Source: Gammaproteobacteria bacterium
GTDB taxonomy: Bacteria; Pseudomonadota; Gammaproteobacteria; JABHGC01
Direction of reading: 5' to 3'
Assembly (NCBI GenBank): GCA_027077805.1
Contig: JALWTS010000039.1
Location: 21,877-85,876, forward strand
DNA: 64,000 nt
A program made the translations under genes and the position numbers. A model generated the notes under the pieces. It was not told the origin of the DNA, made no database searches, and saw only the letters and a list, made by a program, of their open reading frames with translations. This document shows positions 32,549 to 42,907 of this stretch, piece after piece; the first letter of the stretch is position 1; each line of letters starts with the position of its first letter.

Positions 32549-33423
32549 TTATCCTTTTTTGGTAGGGGATACTACAATGCCCTCTATCTCCTTAGTAAAC
32601 TTTTCAGTGGCATTGGAAACTACTTTTCTTAAAGTACCCAAGGAACCGTCGATGTTACTATTGATCAGTCGTTCCGTTGATGACTTAAATAACCCACGTT
32701 TCACCCGTTTCCCTAAATAAGCCGCTTGTTTCTCAAGTGTTTCAAAGGAATAGTTACAAAGGTCTGATTGTTTCGCTTACCAATTGACTTTAAGGGTTTC
32801 CCATTAATCAAACAAGTCTGACCATTTGAGATAAAAATAGTGGCTAAGTTATTCACACTTGAATCCATTGACATGACATTTCCATCGATTAATTGACCTT
32901 CAGTCGCTTTTTCATAAGCTGCTTCAATCACATAATATGAATATCTTGGAATGATTCTAACTTGTTGTAACGTTTCTATGACTTTAGAATAGAAATGAAG
33001 GCTAGTCTTGGATAATGATATTAAGCCTTTCTTGAGTTGTTTTTTAGAAATCGCTTGAAGAGTATAAATTAAGATGTTTCTACTATGTTTTTTAGGTTTA
33101 TACTTTGGTAATTTTGGTCGTCCTAAATACTTATTTGGATGCTTTTTCCAATCTTTTATGGTCTTGAAAAACGACATCCAATTTTTGTTTAATAATTTTG
33201 AAACTTGCTGTGGAACCTTGGCGGGTAATGCTTTATAGGTTTCATGTGAGTGCAATAATTTGTCTGATTTTCCATAGCTTGAATGTTCCTTGCTATTAAT
33301 AAAGGTTTGACGAACAACATAATTGGCGTAGTTATATAAATTTTTGGATGAAAATGCCAACTGATCTATCTCTTTAAATAGGGCATGCGACTTATTGATA
33401 ATATGTTGTTCAACTAATTGCAT
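32549..33423 (-). pseudogene. tnpB: TnpB (IS200/IS605/IS607 accessory nuclease) pseudogene with internal deletions
   Basis: MQLVEQHII...SKNLYN...KLPKYK...RuvC-I remnant MDSSVNNLA. Jumps from KPLKSI directly to GKRNNQTFVTIP. Frameshifted tail GKRVKRGLF..INSNIDGS..LRK...IEGIVVSP ends at 32549. Confidence 0.88.
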
Positions 33424-33427
33424 TACT

Positions 33428-33535
33428 TTACTTCTTTTCGAGTTCTTTGGTTAATTGTTCGGTTTTTCTTTTCGTTCTACGTTGTTCATAAAGACGTGCG
33501 GTAAACAATGTGACTAATGGTACAAAGTCTTTCAT
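33428..33535 (-). pseudogene. C-terminal fragment of IS607-family serine transposase TnpA
   Basis: MKDFVPLVTLFTARLYEQRRTKRKTEQLTKELEKK matches the IS607 TnpA tail (DF..LVT.F.ARLYG.R); lies immediately upstream of tnpB. Confidence 0.78.
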
Positions 33536-33860
33536 TTAATGGCAATAACTCCATATATCTGGCACAAACGTTTCATCGCTGCTTTGGATGTATGGGTTAA
33601 CAGGATTCTTATGACTTTGCTTTCTTTATTCATTGCTTTTTAGTGCTGGTTTTCGTTGGTGATGGGTATCAAATTCAATGCTTCTCGCAAATAGGATTCT
33701 TCAAATTCATTAGTAGGGAAATCTAAATTATCTTCAGGGGAGATTATAACTAATAGCGAGGGCGAATGCAAGCCTGTTGAGGGTTGTGAAGAAAGTTTGA
33801 GATCGAAAAGTATCTGGTATGAGTTGGTTTTTAAATTGGGCTTTGATGGGAAGCCTTGAT

Positions 33861-34015
33861 GGGGGGGGGAAAATACACAAAAAAATACACAAAAAACACA
33901 GGAGTTTTTGTTTTTTTTCTTTTTATTAATTTTTTCTTTTTTTTATTACACTAACACTAAATACACTAAAGGAAAATTAATTGTTTGTTATCATATAGTT
34001 ACACTATAGTGTTAG
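33861..34015. repeat. G9 run, AAAATACACAAAAA x2, T-rich tract, ACACTAA x3, palindrome ACACTATAGTGT
   Basis: Seen directly: G9 33861-69, repeats 33870-33900, ACACTAA at 33948/33954/33963, palindrome 34001-34012. Confidence 0.75.
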
Positions 34016-34213
34016 ATTGGGATTTTTTTTCAATAAGTTTTATTTATAACTAACAATAAAATAATTTATTTTAACTTTTGATAGTAAATACCTAATTTTC
34101 ATAGTAAAGAAATACATTATAACCTAGTCTTATTATTACTTAGTAATATACTGATGAAAAAAATAAATATAAATTAAATTTATCTATAGATAAAATTCGT
34201 TTATATTATCTGC

Positions 34214-36268
34214 TTAGAGTAATTTTTCAGGTTTGGCAAATAAAAAGCCTTGGGCATAGTTAATGCCTATGTTTTGAAGTTTGTTTAATACACTTTGACG
34301 TTCCACTAATTTTGCTACAACATCAATGCCCATAAATTGACTGATTTTAAAAATGGACTCTACCATGGCATAGTCAATGGGGTCAGTGTCAATATTTTTG
34401 ATAAAAGCACCGTCGATTTTTAGAAAATCAAATGGCAAATATTTTAGATAAGCAAAGGAAGCTAAACCTGTCCCAAAATCATCTAAAGCAAATAAAAAGC
34501 CTTCTTGTTTTAAAATTTCTAAAAATCGAGTAGTATTTTCTAGGTCAGTTACTACGGTTGTTTCTGCAAGTTCAAAACAAACTTTATTGGTAGGAATATC
34601 ATAGTGTTCAAGTTGTTCCAAAATAAATTGGGCAAATTCGGGAGTAATAGAATGTTCAGAAAGATTAATACTACATGAATATAGTTGATCTAAGCTCGAA
34701 TCTTGGGTTAAATGGTGAAAAACTGTTTTAATTACCCATTTCTCAATATCAACTAATAAATTTTGTCTTTCGGCAATGGCTAAAAAGGAACTAGGAGAAA
34801 TATATTGTCCGTGATTGTCAGGCATGCGTAGTAATATTTCATAAAATACTCCCCGATTCTCGGTTTCTTTAATGGGGACGACTCTTTGATAATTAAGTTC
34901 TAATATATTATTTTCTAAAGCATTTTTTATTTGAGTAATAAATGTTTTATCCACACTCTCTGAGGTAGTGGTTTCCGATTGTTCTTGATAAACTTGCACA
35001 CAATTTCGCCCTGCATTTTTAGCCGCATAGCAAGCAGTATCTGCTTGATTTATTATGTCTGAAACTTTTTGAGGACTGTATTGATCAATGAGTGTTAATC
35101 CAATACTGACACCAATTTGAAAACTACGATTTTCCCAAACAAATAAAAATTCTTCGACTAATTCTCTTAGATTATCGGCAACCTGAATTGCCCCTCTTAG
35201 TGAACAATTCATTAATAATACTGCAAATTCATCGCCTCCTAAACGAGCAATGGTGTCTTCTTTTCTAACTTTTCTTCTAAATAAAGAGGTTACTTGACGC
35301 AATAATTGATCGCCTGCTAAATGACCACAGCTATCATTAACAATTTTAAATCGATCTAAATCCATAAATAAAACAGCATGTTCCGTTGTATTTTGTTTGG
35401 ATAAATATAACGCTTGTTCCAAACGTTGTTCAAATTCACGTCGGTTAATCAACCCTGTTAAAGCATCATGACTAGCATGAAAAATAATTTGTTTGGCAAG
35501 TTTACGTTCTTGGGTAACATCATGTAAGACAACAACTATTCCTGCAACTTTGTTATTGTTCCTGATAATGGTGGTGGTATTTTTGATGTTGATTTCACTA
35601 CTATCTTTGCGCACTAAAATCGCATGTTCGTCTAGGTGTCCTACTTGACCTTTTTGTAAACATTGTTTAAATAAATCATCCATCCATTGACGATCTCGTT
35701 CATTCAGTACTCGAAATACCGTTTGTAATTGTAGCCCTTTGGCTTGTTGATATAGCCATCCTGTCAGTTCTTCTGCCGCAGGATTAAGATACTCAATTTT
35801 TCCTTGAGCATTAGTGGTAATAACACCATCTCCAATCGAATCTAAGGTAACTTGGGCTTTTTCTTTTTCTTTAACTAAGTCTTCTTCTGCTTGTTTTAGT
35901 TTTAAGATATAAGAAATTTGGTTGCGTAAAATATCCCAATTGATAGGTTTGGTAACGTAATCTACTGCCCCTGCTTCAAAGGCTCGATCGACTAAATTAA
36001 CATCATTATGACCTGTGACCATGATAACAGGCGTATTATCTTGAGGATATTGTGTTTTGATTTCAGCACAGGCGGAAATGCCATCTAAAACTGGCATATC
36101 GGCATCCATTAGTATTAAATCAGGGTGATGTTTAGAAAAAATTTCTAAGGCTTGTTGACCATCTTCTGCTTCAAGTACAGTATAACCTTCTTTACTAAGT
36201 GATTCCATTAACATAATGCGAGTTAAAGGTAAATCATCTACTACTAAAACATTAGCACTCATGGTCAT
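34214..36268 (-). CDS. REC-PAS-GGDEF-EAL c-di-GMP enzyme
   Basis: REC LMDADMP, PAS SIGDGVITT, HDALTGLINR..RLGGDEF, EAL YEILLR and LDDFGTG. Confidence 0.92.
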   Translation of the reverse strand: MTMSANVLVVDDLPLTRIMLMESLSKEGYTVLEAEDGQQALEIFSKHHPDLILMDADMPVLDGISACAEIKTQYPQDNTPVIMVTGHNDVNLVDRAFEAGAVDYVTKPINWDILRNQISYILKLKQAEEDLVKEKEKAQVTLDSIGDGVITTNAQGKIEYLNPAAEELTGWLYQQAKGLQLQTVFRVLNERDRQWMDDLFKQCLQKGQVGHLDEHAILVRKDSSEINIKNTTTIIRNNNKVAGIVVVLHDVTQERKLAKQIIFHASHDALTGLINRREFEQRLEQALYLSKQNTTEHAVLFMDLDRFKIVNDSCGHLAGDQLLRQVTSLFRRKVRKEDTIARLGGDEFAVLLMNCSLRGAIQVADNLRELVEEFLFVWENRSFQIGVSIGLTLIDQYSPQKVSDIINQADTACYAAKNAGRNCVQVYQEQSETTTSESVDKTFITQIKNALENNILELNYQRVVPIKETENRGVFYEILLRMPDNHGQYISPSSFLAIAERQNLLVDIEKWVIKTVFHHLTQDSSLDQLYSCSINLSEHSITPEFAQFILEQLEHYDIPTNKVCFELAETTVVTDLENTTRFLEILKQEGFLFALDDFGTGLASFAYLKYLPFDFLKIDGAFIKNIDTDPIDYAMVESIFKISQFMGIDVVAKLVERQSVLNKLQNIGINYAQGFLFAKPEKLL

Positions 36269-36296
36269 TTATTCCTATGATGTTATGTATAATTGA

Positions 36297-39029
36297 TTAT
36301 TTTATAGTATCATTTTGATATTCATTTAACACCAGCAAAACTTGCTTGATAGTTTCTTCCATCTCTTTCCTAATCATATCAAATTGTTCTGATTTTTGAT
36401 GGATTGCAAGATTTTCTAACTGTTGACACTGTTCCGCTAATAGTTGAGCTCCTATTTGTTTACAACCACCTTTTAATTGATGACTGGCTCGTTTGATTTT
36501 GAGATAGTCTCGTTCGGCTATCACTTGTTTTAACACTTGTAATTGCTGTGGTAAATAACGTAAAAATTCCTGAACCATTTTGTCAACAATACTTTGTCCT
36601 AAACTCTGTTTTAATTGTAAAAGTATGGTTTTGTCAATGACAGGTTTGTGATTGATTTTAGGGTTTAACCAGTGCAATAAGGTTTCACGCAATTTACTTA
36701 AGGAGATAGGTTTACTGATGTGAGCATCCATTCCAACTTCAAAACTTTTTGCTTGATATTCAGGCAAAGCATGTGCGGTCATTGCTATAATAGGCAAACG
36801 AGATAATGCTTTTTGTTGTTCATATTTTCTAATTTCAATAGTAGCTTGATAACCATCCATTTCAGGCATTTCACAATCCATAATCACTAAATCATATTGG
36901 TTTTGCTTGACTGCCTCAAGTGCTGTTTTGCCATTATCAACAATATCCATTTCACATTTCAATGCTTTTAACATACCTCGAATGACAATTTGATTCATTG
37001 CATTATCTTCTGCGACTAAGATTTTGCTTTCTGTTGGCATTTGATCGGCGACATTTAAATCTTCAATGGTTGGTTCTGATGGTATTTGAGGTTTATTAGG
37101 GCGTTGGCTTAAAGTATCCGTAATAATTTGGTAAAGTTTGATTGGTGAAATTGGTTTTGTTAAATAACCATGAATGCCAAATTGCTCAGAACGTTGATAA
37201 TCAATCATATAATCTACAGAGGTTAATAAAATTAAAGGACAACTCAGTAATTTGTTTTGTCTAATAGTATTAATTAATTCTAAACCATTATAATCGGGCA
37301 TATTATAGTCAATAATCGCTAAACCAAATTGATATTGCTTTATAATTTCAAGTGCTTGTTCAGCACTTTCAGCAAGTTGGCAGGTACTTCCCCATTGATA
37401 TAATAGTTTTTCTAAAATAAAACCTTGGCTTTTATTGTCATCAACGACCAACACATGTAATTTTTGAAAATGTCTCAAATCTAAGGTATTATTTTTTTGT
37501 TCGGCAATATATTCTAAGTTTAATGTAAACCAGAAAATACTTCCTTCACCAACAACACTTTTTATACCAATTTCTCCTTCCATTTTTTCGACTAATTGAC
37601 GAGTAATCGATAATCCCAAGCCAGTTCCACCATATTTACGAGTAAAGCTATCATCAACTTGACGAAACATTTCAAACAAATGTGCTTGATCTTCCAACGT
37701 AATACCAATACCCGTATCTTGTACTTCAAAATGTAATTCTACTTGCTTGTCAGATTTATGTTGACAATCAATGGATACGATAACTTGACCATCTGTTGTA
37801 AATTTAATGGCATTACTTACAAGATTAACTAGGATTTGACGAATTTTGCCAGCATCCCCTTTTAAATTTAAAGGGACATCAACCGCAATGTCTTGCATTA
37901 ATTCCAAACCTTTGCGTTCTGCTAGGGTTGCAAACATATTAAGCACTTCATCAATCATTTCTTGTAGTTGAAATGTTTCAATATCTAATCGGAGTTTTCC
38001 AGCTTCTAATTTTGAAAAATCGAGAATATCATTGGTAATACTAAGTAGGATTTTGCTAGAATTTTGCAATATTTTGACATAAACTTGTTGTTGTTCAGTT
38101 AATTGGGTGGTAAGTAATAAATCTGTCATGCCAAACATACCATTCATTGGTGTGCGAATCTCGTGGCTCATTTTTGCTAAAAATTCACTTTTAGCTTTAC
38201 TTGCTGCTTCCGCAAGTTCTTTTGCTTGACGTAGTTCATTTTCAACTTTTTCTCTGGCATCAATATTGTCTTTTAATTGTTGGTTAGATGCTTGTAGTGC
38301 GGCGGTACGATTAGAAACACGATTTTCTAATTCGTGATGGGCTTGTTGTAATCTTGCAATATAAATCTCTAATCTATCCGCCATGTCGTCAAAGGTACGA
38401 CTAAGATGAGCGACTTCATCTTTTCCTGAAAATCCCACTCGAATACTTAAATTACCTTGGGAAAAATGTTTGGCAACATGGGTAAGTTTTTCTAAACGTC
38501 TAGTGAGTAAAAAACCAATGACTAGACCGAAAATCGCAACAAATCCAATACCTGTTATTGCTAAAATAATGGAATCATGGCGAATTTTTTCCATTGATCG
38601 TACTAAGATAACATTAGAAAATTGTACGGCTAATATGCCAATTTTTTGAGAGTGATAAGTAATTTTTCTAACTCGCCAAAACTGACTGTTATTATCACTT
38701 AATAAGGGTAATTTAGAGCCTATTTGCGAAAAATCACTACTCGCAACGATTTGATTTTTCCAATCAGCAATCAATACATTCAGTACATTAGGATCGGCAG
38801 CAATGGGTTGAATAAATTTTTGTAATTCATGGTATTCACCATCAAATAATGTATTACGGATGGAATAACTGAGCAAATCTAAGACAATATTTTGGTTGGC
38901 AATCATTTGTTGATATCCCTCTTGATACGAAAGGGATAGAATACGCCATAAAATCAACAGAATAATTAATACTTGTACGATGAAAATGGTAACGGCAATA
39001 CGATAGCGTAATGAAAATCGGATATTCAT
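36297..39029 (-). CDS. Hybrid sensor histidine kinase (TM-HAMP-HisKA-HATPase-REC-REC-HPt)
   Basis: [28 protein letters not shown], two REC domains (IDYNMP, MDCEMP), HPt SHQLKGG. Confidence 0.93.
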   Translation of the reverse strand: MNIRFSLRYRIAVTIFIVQVLIILLILWRILSLSYQEGYQQMIANQNIVLDLLSYSIRNTLFDGEYHELQKFIQPIAADPNVLNVLIADWKNQIVASSDFSQIGSKLPLLSDNNSQFWRVRKITYHSQKIGILAVQFSNVILVRSMEKIRHDSIILAITGIGFVAIFGLVIGFLLTRRLEKLTHVAKHFSQGNLSIRVGFSGKDEVAHLSRTFDDMADRLEIYIARLQQAHHELENRVSNRTAALQASNQQLKDNIDAREKVENELRQAKELAEAASKAKSEFLAKMSHEIRTPMNGMFGMTDLLLTTQLTEQQQVYVKILQNSSKILLSITNDILDFSKLEAGKLRLDIETFQLQEMIDEVLNMFATLAERKGLELMQDIAVDVPLNLKGDAGKIRQILVNLVSNAIKFTTDGQVIVSIDCQHKSDKQVELHFEVQDTGIGITLEDQAHLFEMFRQVDDSFTRKYGGTGLGLSITRQLVEKMEGEIGIKSVVGEGSIFWFTLNLEYIAEQKNNTLDLRHFQKLHVLVVDDNKSQGFILEKLLYQWGSTCQLAESAEQALEIIKQYQFGLAIIDYNMPDYNGLELINTIRQNKLLSCPLILLTSVDYMIDYQRSEQFGIHGYLTKPISPIKLYQIITDTLSQRPNKPQIPSEPTIEDLNVADQMPTESKILVAEDNAMNQIVIRGMLKALKCEMDIVDNGKTALEAVKQNQYDLVIMDCEMPEMDGYQATIEIRKYEQQKALSRLPIIAMTAHALPEYQAKSFEVGMDAHISKPISLSKLRETLLHWLNPKINHKPVIDKTILLQLKQSLGQSIVDKMVQEFLRYLPQQLQVLKQVIAERDYLKIKRASHQLKGGCKQIGAQLLAEQCQQLENLAIHQKSEQFDMIRKEMEETIKQVLLVLNEYQNDTIK

Positions 39030-40072
39030 AATTGTATGGATTGATTACGCCCTTGATTTTTTGCTTGATACAATGCTTTATCTGCCCGATCAAATGCTGT
39101 CGCAATTTCATCTTTAGATGTAAATTCAGTAATCCCAAATGATAGGGTTATGGGTATGGTATGGTTTTGATAACAAAAAGGTTTTTGAAAAATTTTGGTT
39201 CGCATTTTTTCCATCACTGGAAATGCAACTGTTTTCGGTGTTTCTACTAAAATAATAACAAATTCTTCACCGCCATAACGAGCGACAAAATCGGTTTTAC
39301 GAAAGCTGCGGTTTAATAAACTTGCAATATAACATAATGCTTGATCCCCTACTTGATGGCCATAAGTATCATTGATATTTTTAAAATAATCAATATCGCA
39401 AATCGCTAAAGATAAATGGTTTTGATAACGCTTCCAACGGCTAAATTCTTCCACTATTTTTTCGTTATACGCTAAACGATTAGGTAAACCTGTTAAAATA
39501 TCGAGATAAGCCTTTTTTTGTTCTAGTTGTAAATAAATTCTTAGTTGTTGTGCTTCGATTTCTAGGGTTTGTAGTTTTTCAGTTAACTCATTAAGTTGCG
39601 TTTGGGTTGATTGTGATTGTTGTTCACTATAGGCTAATTGTTGCATTAATGAACTGCGAATAGATTGTAGTTTGTGGCTAAGTTGTTGTTTAATTATTTC
39701 AGGTTGTAGCTTGATTTCATCATCAAGTTCTTCGACTTGCTCATAAACTGATTGGTATAGCTCAGAACAATCGGAAACGGATAGTTGCCATTGTTTATGT
39801 GAGAGTGCTAATTGTTGCTCAATTTCTTGTAAATATTGATTGAGATGGTTAAAAAATTGTTCTAAATTTGCTTTTTCTAAAGAATTTTGATCATATTGTT
39901 GTTGGATTAATTGAATAATTTCAGATAATACATAAAACCAATTGTCTTCGGAGTCATTATTAATTAATAACTGTTTATACTGATGAAATTGGGTTTGTAT
40001 CGATTGTGGTAGAGAAAGTTGATCCAATAAGTTTACAAATTGTTGACTGATTTTTAGCATTTTACTATTCAC
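39026..40072 (-). CDS. Soluble diguanylate cyclase with coiled-coil N-terminus
   Basis: DILTGLPNR, DIDYFKNIND, I-site RKTD, RYGGEEF. Confidence 0.92.
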   Translation of the reverse strand: MNSKMLKISQQFVNLLDQLSLPQSIQTQFHQYKQLLINNDSEDNWFYVLSEIIQLIQQQYDQNSLEKANLEQFFNHLNQYLQEIEQQLALSHKQWQLSVSDCSELYQSVYEQVEELDDEIKLQPEIIKQQLSHKLQSIRSSLMQQLAYSEQQSQSTQTQLNELTEKLQTLEIEAQQLRIYLQLEQKKAYLDILTGLPNRLAYNEKIVEEFSRWKRYQNHLSLAICDIDYFKNINDTYGHQVGDQALCYIASLLNRSFRKTDFVARYGGEEFVIILVETPKTVAFPVMEKMRTKIFQKPFCYQNHTIPITLSFGITEFTSKDEIATAFDRADKALYQAKNQGRNQSIQL

Positions 40073-40193
40073 ACGGTAAATTCATCACTTTACATTTAGC
40101 ATAATCTAATTTTTACAGTTTTGTTACTAATTTAACGACACTCTATATTATTTTAATAACACTTTAATTAAAAGTGATCTTGATTAATACGAG

Positions 40194-40763
40194 TTATTTA
40201 GAATAGACTAACTTCAATAGCTTAGAATCAATTTTTAGTCCAACTTTACGAGCGGCTTTGACATTAATATAAAAACGCAGTCGGTTAAGGATATTGATAA
40301 ATCCAATCATTCCTCCTTTTTGGGTAAAATCTTCCGTTTCACCTACCGTTAAAATTGGATATTTTCTGGTTTTGGCTAAGATGCTCGGTAGCTGGTTTTC
40401 CATTGACACAGCAATAAATAAGATTTGGCATTGAGGCAATTGTTGGAGTTCGCTGAGTTTTAGAGATAAAATATTGATTTTACGGTATTTAATGCTTTTA
40501 TCTTGCAATTGGTTTTTCATTACAATATCATGTTGTTTCATGCCCAAAAGACAGAGAGTCATAGCTTGTTTAGGTGAATACCAAACAAATTTAGGCCATT
40601 GCACAAAACGAGCGAAATTATAGAGAAACTTCGCTTTGAGTTGGTATTCTGATACTAACACATTTGCTTTAACTTCTAAAGCGTAAAAGCAGAAAACCAA
40701 AGATAATATAATAAGACATTTATATTTAATCACAACCCTGACTAATATCCATAAAATTGCCAA
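40194..40763 (-). CDS. YfiR/HmsC family periplasmic protein
   Basis: EYQLKAKFLYNFARFVQWP, CQILFI, PILTVGE..F...GGMI, INVKAARKVGLKIDSKLL. Confidence 0.88.
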   Translation of the reverse strand: MAILWILVRVVIKYKCLIILSLVFCFYALEVKANVLVSEYQLKAKFLYNFARFVQWPKFVWYSPKQAMTLCLLGMKQHDIVMKNQLQDKSIKYRKINILSLKLSELQQLPQCQILFIAVSMENQLPSILAKTRKYPILTVGETEDFTQKGGMIGFINILNRLRFYINVKAARKVGLKIDSKLLKLVYSK

Positions 40764-41016
40764 TCACGAATTTAAAGTTATGTCGGGTGTTTAACTAATT
40801 AATAGGTCAGCATATGCCAAATTAGAACAATATTCAAGATTTTATTAAATAACTTGTTATTCTAGGAAAAATACCCGTAATTTTTAATATTTTTTTTTAT
40901 GAAAATTTTCAATTTGTTTTACATGACAATTAGTGATATTTTATTATCATTAATTTAATTGGATAATGACATGCTACTTATCCAAACCAAGTTTTGATTT
41001 TATTGAAGATTAAAAA

Positions 41017-42762
41017 ATGTATGCAACATTAACAACACTATTTCCTTTCTTAATATGGTTTAAATTAGTAAACAAAGCATCTATTAAAGCCGATTTTATA
41101 GCAGGCTTAACAGGGGCTGTCATTGTACTACCACAAGGGGTTGCGTTTGCAACCATTGCAGGACTACCCCCAGAGTATGGTTTATATACGGCAATGGTAA
41201 CACCTATTATTGCCGCATTATTTGGCTCCTCCTATCATTTAGTATCAGGACCAACTACTGCGATTTCAATTGTCGTATTTTCAGCCATTAGTCATCATGC
41301 AAGCGTTGGTTCACCTGAATTTGTATCTTTAGCCCTGACCTTAACATTTTTGGCAGGTGTTTATCAATTGGCATTTGGTATTGCTCGTTTGGGATCATTA
41401 GTAAATTTTGTTTCTCATACGGTTGTCATCGGTTTTACCGCAGGTGCAGCAATTTTAATTGCCACCAGTCAATTAAAACATATTACTGGCATAGCGATAC
41501 CCAAAGGCGAATCATTTTTACATACATGGCTAGATTTACTTATGGGAATTGCTGATGTTAACCTTTATTTGGTTGCGATTGCACTGATTACCATGTTGAC
41601 AGCAATAATGAGTAAAAAACTTTTACCAAAATCGCCTAATTTATTATTGGGTATGATTGCAGGGAGTATTGTTGCATTGTATTTTCAGACATTAACGGAT
41701 GATATAAAACTAGTAGGTGCTATCCCAGCACATTTACCCCCACTATCCATGCCAAATTTTTCAATGGAAACCATAAGAATGCTCGCACCAGAAGCCTTTG
41801 CTGTTGCATTACTCGGATTGATTGAAGCCGTTTCTATTAGTCGAGCGGTTGCGACGAAATCTAAACAGCGGATTAATGCGAATCAAGAATTTATTGGACA
41901 GGGTCTGTCTAATATTTTTGGCAGTTTTTTATCCAGTTACGCAGGTTCAGGGTCGTTTACTCGATCAGGGATTAACTATGAAGCAGGGGCAAAAACCCCC
42001 CTTTCTGCTATTTTTGCAGCACTTACTTTAATGGGGATTGTCTTATTAATCGCACCATTGACCGCTTATTTACCCATTGCTGCGATGGGCGGTGTCATTT
42101 TGTTGGTAGCATATAACTTAATTAATTTTCATCATATTAAAAAAATATTACGTTTTAGTAGGTCCGAATCCGCTGTTTTACTGACCACTTTTTTTGCCAC
42201 CTTATTTCTTGAATTAGAATTTGCAATTTATTTAGGGGTATTGCTATCGTTGGTTTTGTTTTTAGCCAAAACCTCTACACCTAGGATGCCTAGTTTATCG
42301 GTTGATCCTGATAATGATACTAGAAATTTAATTAATGTTAAGAAAAAACCTATTGAACAATGTCCACAGCTTAAAATCATCCGAATTGATATGTCGATTT
42401 ATTTTGGTTCAATTAATCATATTCAAAAACGTATCAGCCAAATTGCAGATAAAGAAGGAATTTACCATATTTTAATCGTTGCATCAGGTATTAATTTTAT
42501 TGATTTAGCAGGTTCTGAAGCCTTAGTTGCTGAAAATGATTATTTAAAACACAAAGGAGGTGGTTTGTATTTTGTGGGTTTAAAATCCACTGTGTATGAA
42601 TTTGCAGCAGAATCTTGTTTGATTAAAAGTATTGGTAACGATCATTTTTTTGATAGCAAAAAGGATGCGATCAATAGTATTTATCAGCGTTTAGATAAAC
42701 GTATTTGTCAGCAATGTCAGTTTAGGATTTTTAGGGAATGTGCTGAGAACGAACGGCAGTAG
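41017..42762 (+). CDS. SulP/SLC26 anion transporter with STAS domain
   Basis: DFIAGLTGAV..LPQGVAFA, GPT, NQEFIGQG, GSFTRS, STAS; C-terminal CQQC..RIFREC. Confidence 0.93.
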   Translation: MYATLTTLFPFLIWFKLVNKASIKADFIAGLTGAVIVLPQGVAFATIAGLPPEYGLYTAMVTPIIAALFGSSYHLVSGPTTAISIVVFSAISHHASVGSPEFVSLALTLTFLAGVYQLAFGIARLGSLVNFVSHTVVIGFTAGAAILIATSQLKHITGIAIPKGESFLHTWLDLLMGIADVNLYLVAIALITMLTAIMSKKLLPKSPNLLLGMIAGSIVALYFQTLTDDIKLVGAIPAHLPPLSMPNFSMETIRMLAPEAFAVALLGLIEAVSISRAVATKSKQRINANQEFIGQGLSNIFGSFLSSYAGSGSFTRSGINYEAGAKTPLSAIFAALTLMGIVLLIAPLTAYLPIAAMGGVILLVAYNLINFHHIKKILRFSRSESAVLLTTFFATLFLELEFAIYLGVLLSLVLFLAKTSTPRMPSLSVDPDNDTRNLINVKKKPIEQCPQLKIIRIDMSIYFGSINHIQKRISQIADKEGIYHILIVASGINFIDLAGSEALVAENDYLKHKGGGLYFVGLKSTVYEFAAESCLIKSIGNDHFFDSKKDAINSIYQRLDKRICQQCQFRIFRECAENERQ

Positions 42763-42806
42763 ATTAAGTATTGTATAATGTTGTTAATCACCTAATCCTT
42801 GGTATA

Positions 42807-42861
42807 AATCATGGTAATAATCATACCTTAGGCAAGGTTGTCATGATTATCTACCATAATT
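42807..42861. other. Imperfect long inverted repeat between sulP and ppdK
   Basis: AATCATGGTA-ATAATCAT-ACCTT...AAGGT-TGTC-ATGATTAT-CTACCATAATT. Confidence 0.5.
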
Positions 42862-42907
42862 CAAAATAATTAAAACAAACTATCTTATCTATTTTCAGGA
42901 GAAAAAT

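Noticed and set aside
32713-33423. Active TnpB/Cas12-like nuclease
   Set aside because: RuvC-II region deleted, RuvC-III Asp lost, frameshifted; no CRISPR array nearby.
29706-34200. Intact prophage or ICE
   Set aside because: No integrase, att-like direct repeats, tRNA target, structural or conjugation genes were found.
34948-34956. Perfect DnaA box inside the GGDEF-EAL gene
   Set aside because: Isolated and within coding sequence; expected by chance.
40745-40820. TGGCA motifs upstream of yfiR as sigma54 promoters
   Set aside because: Neither has GC at the -12 position.
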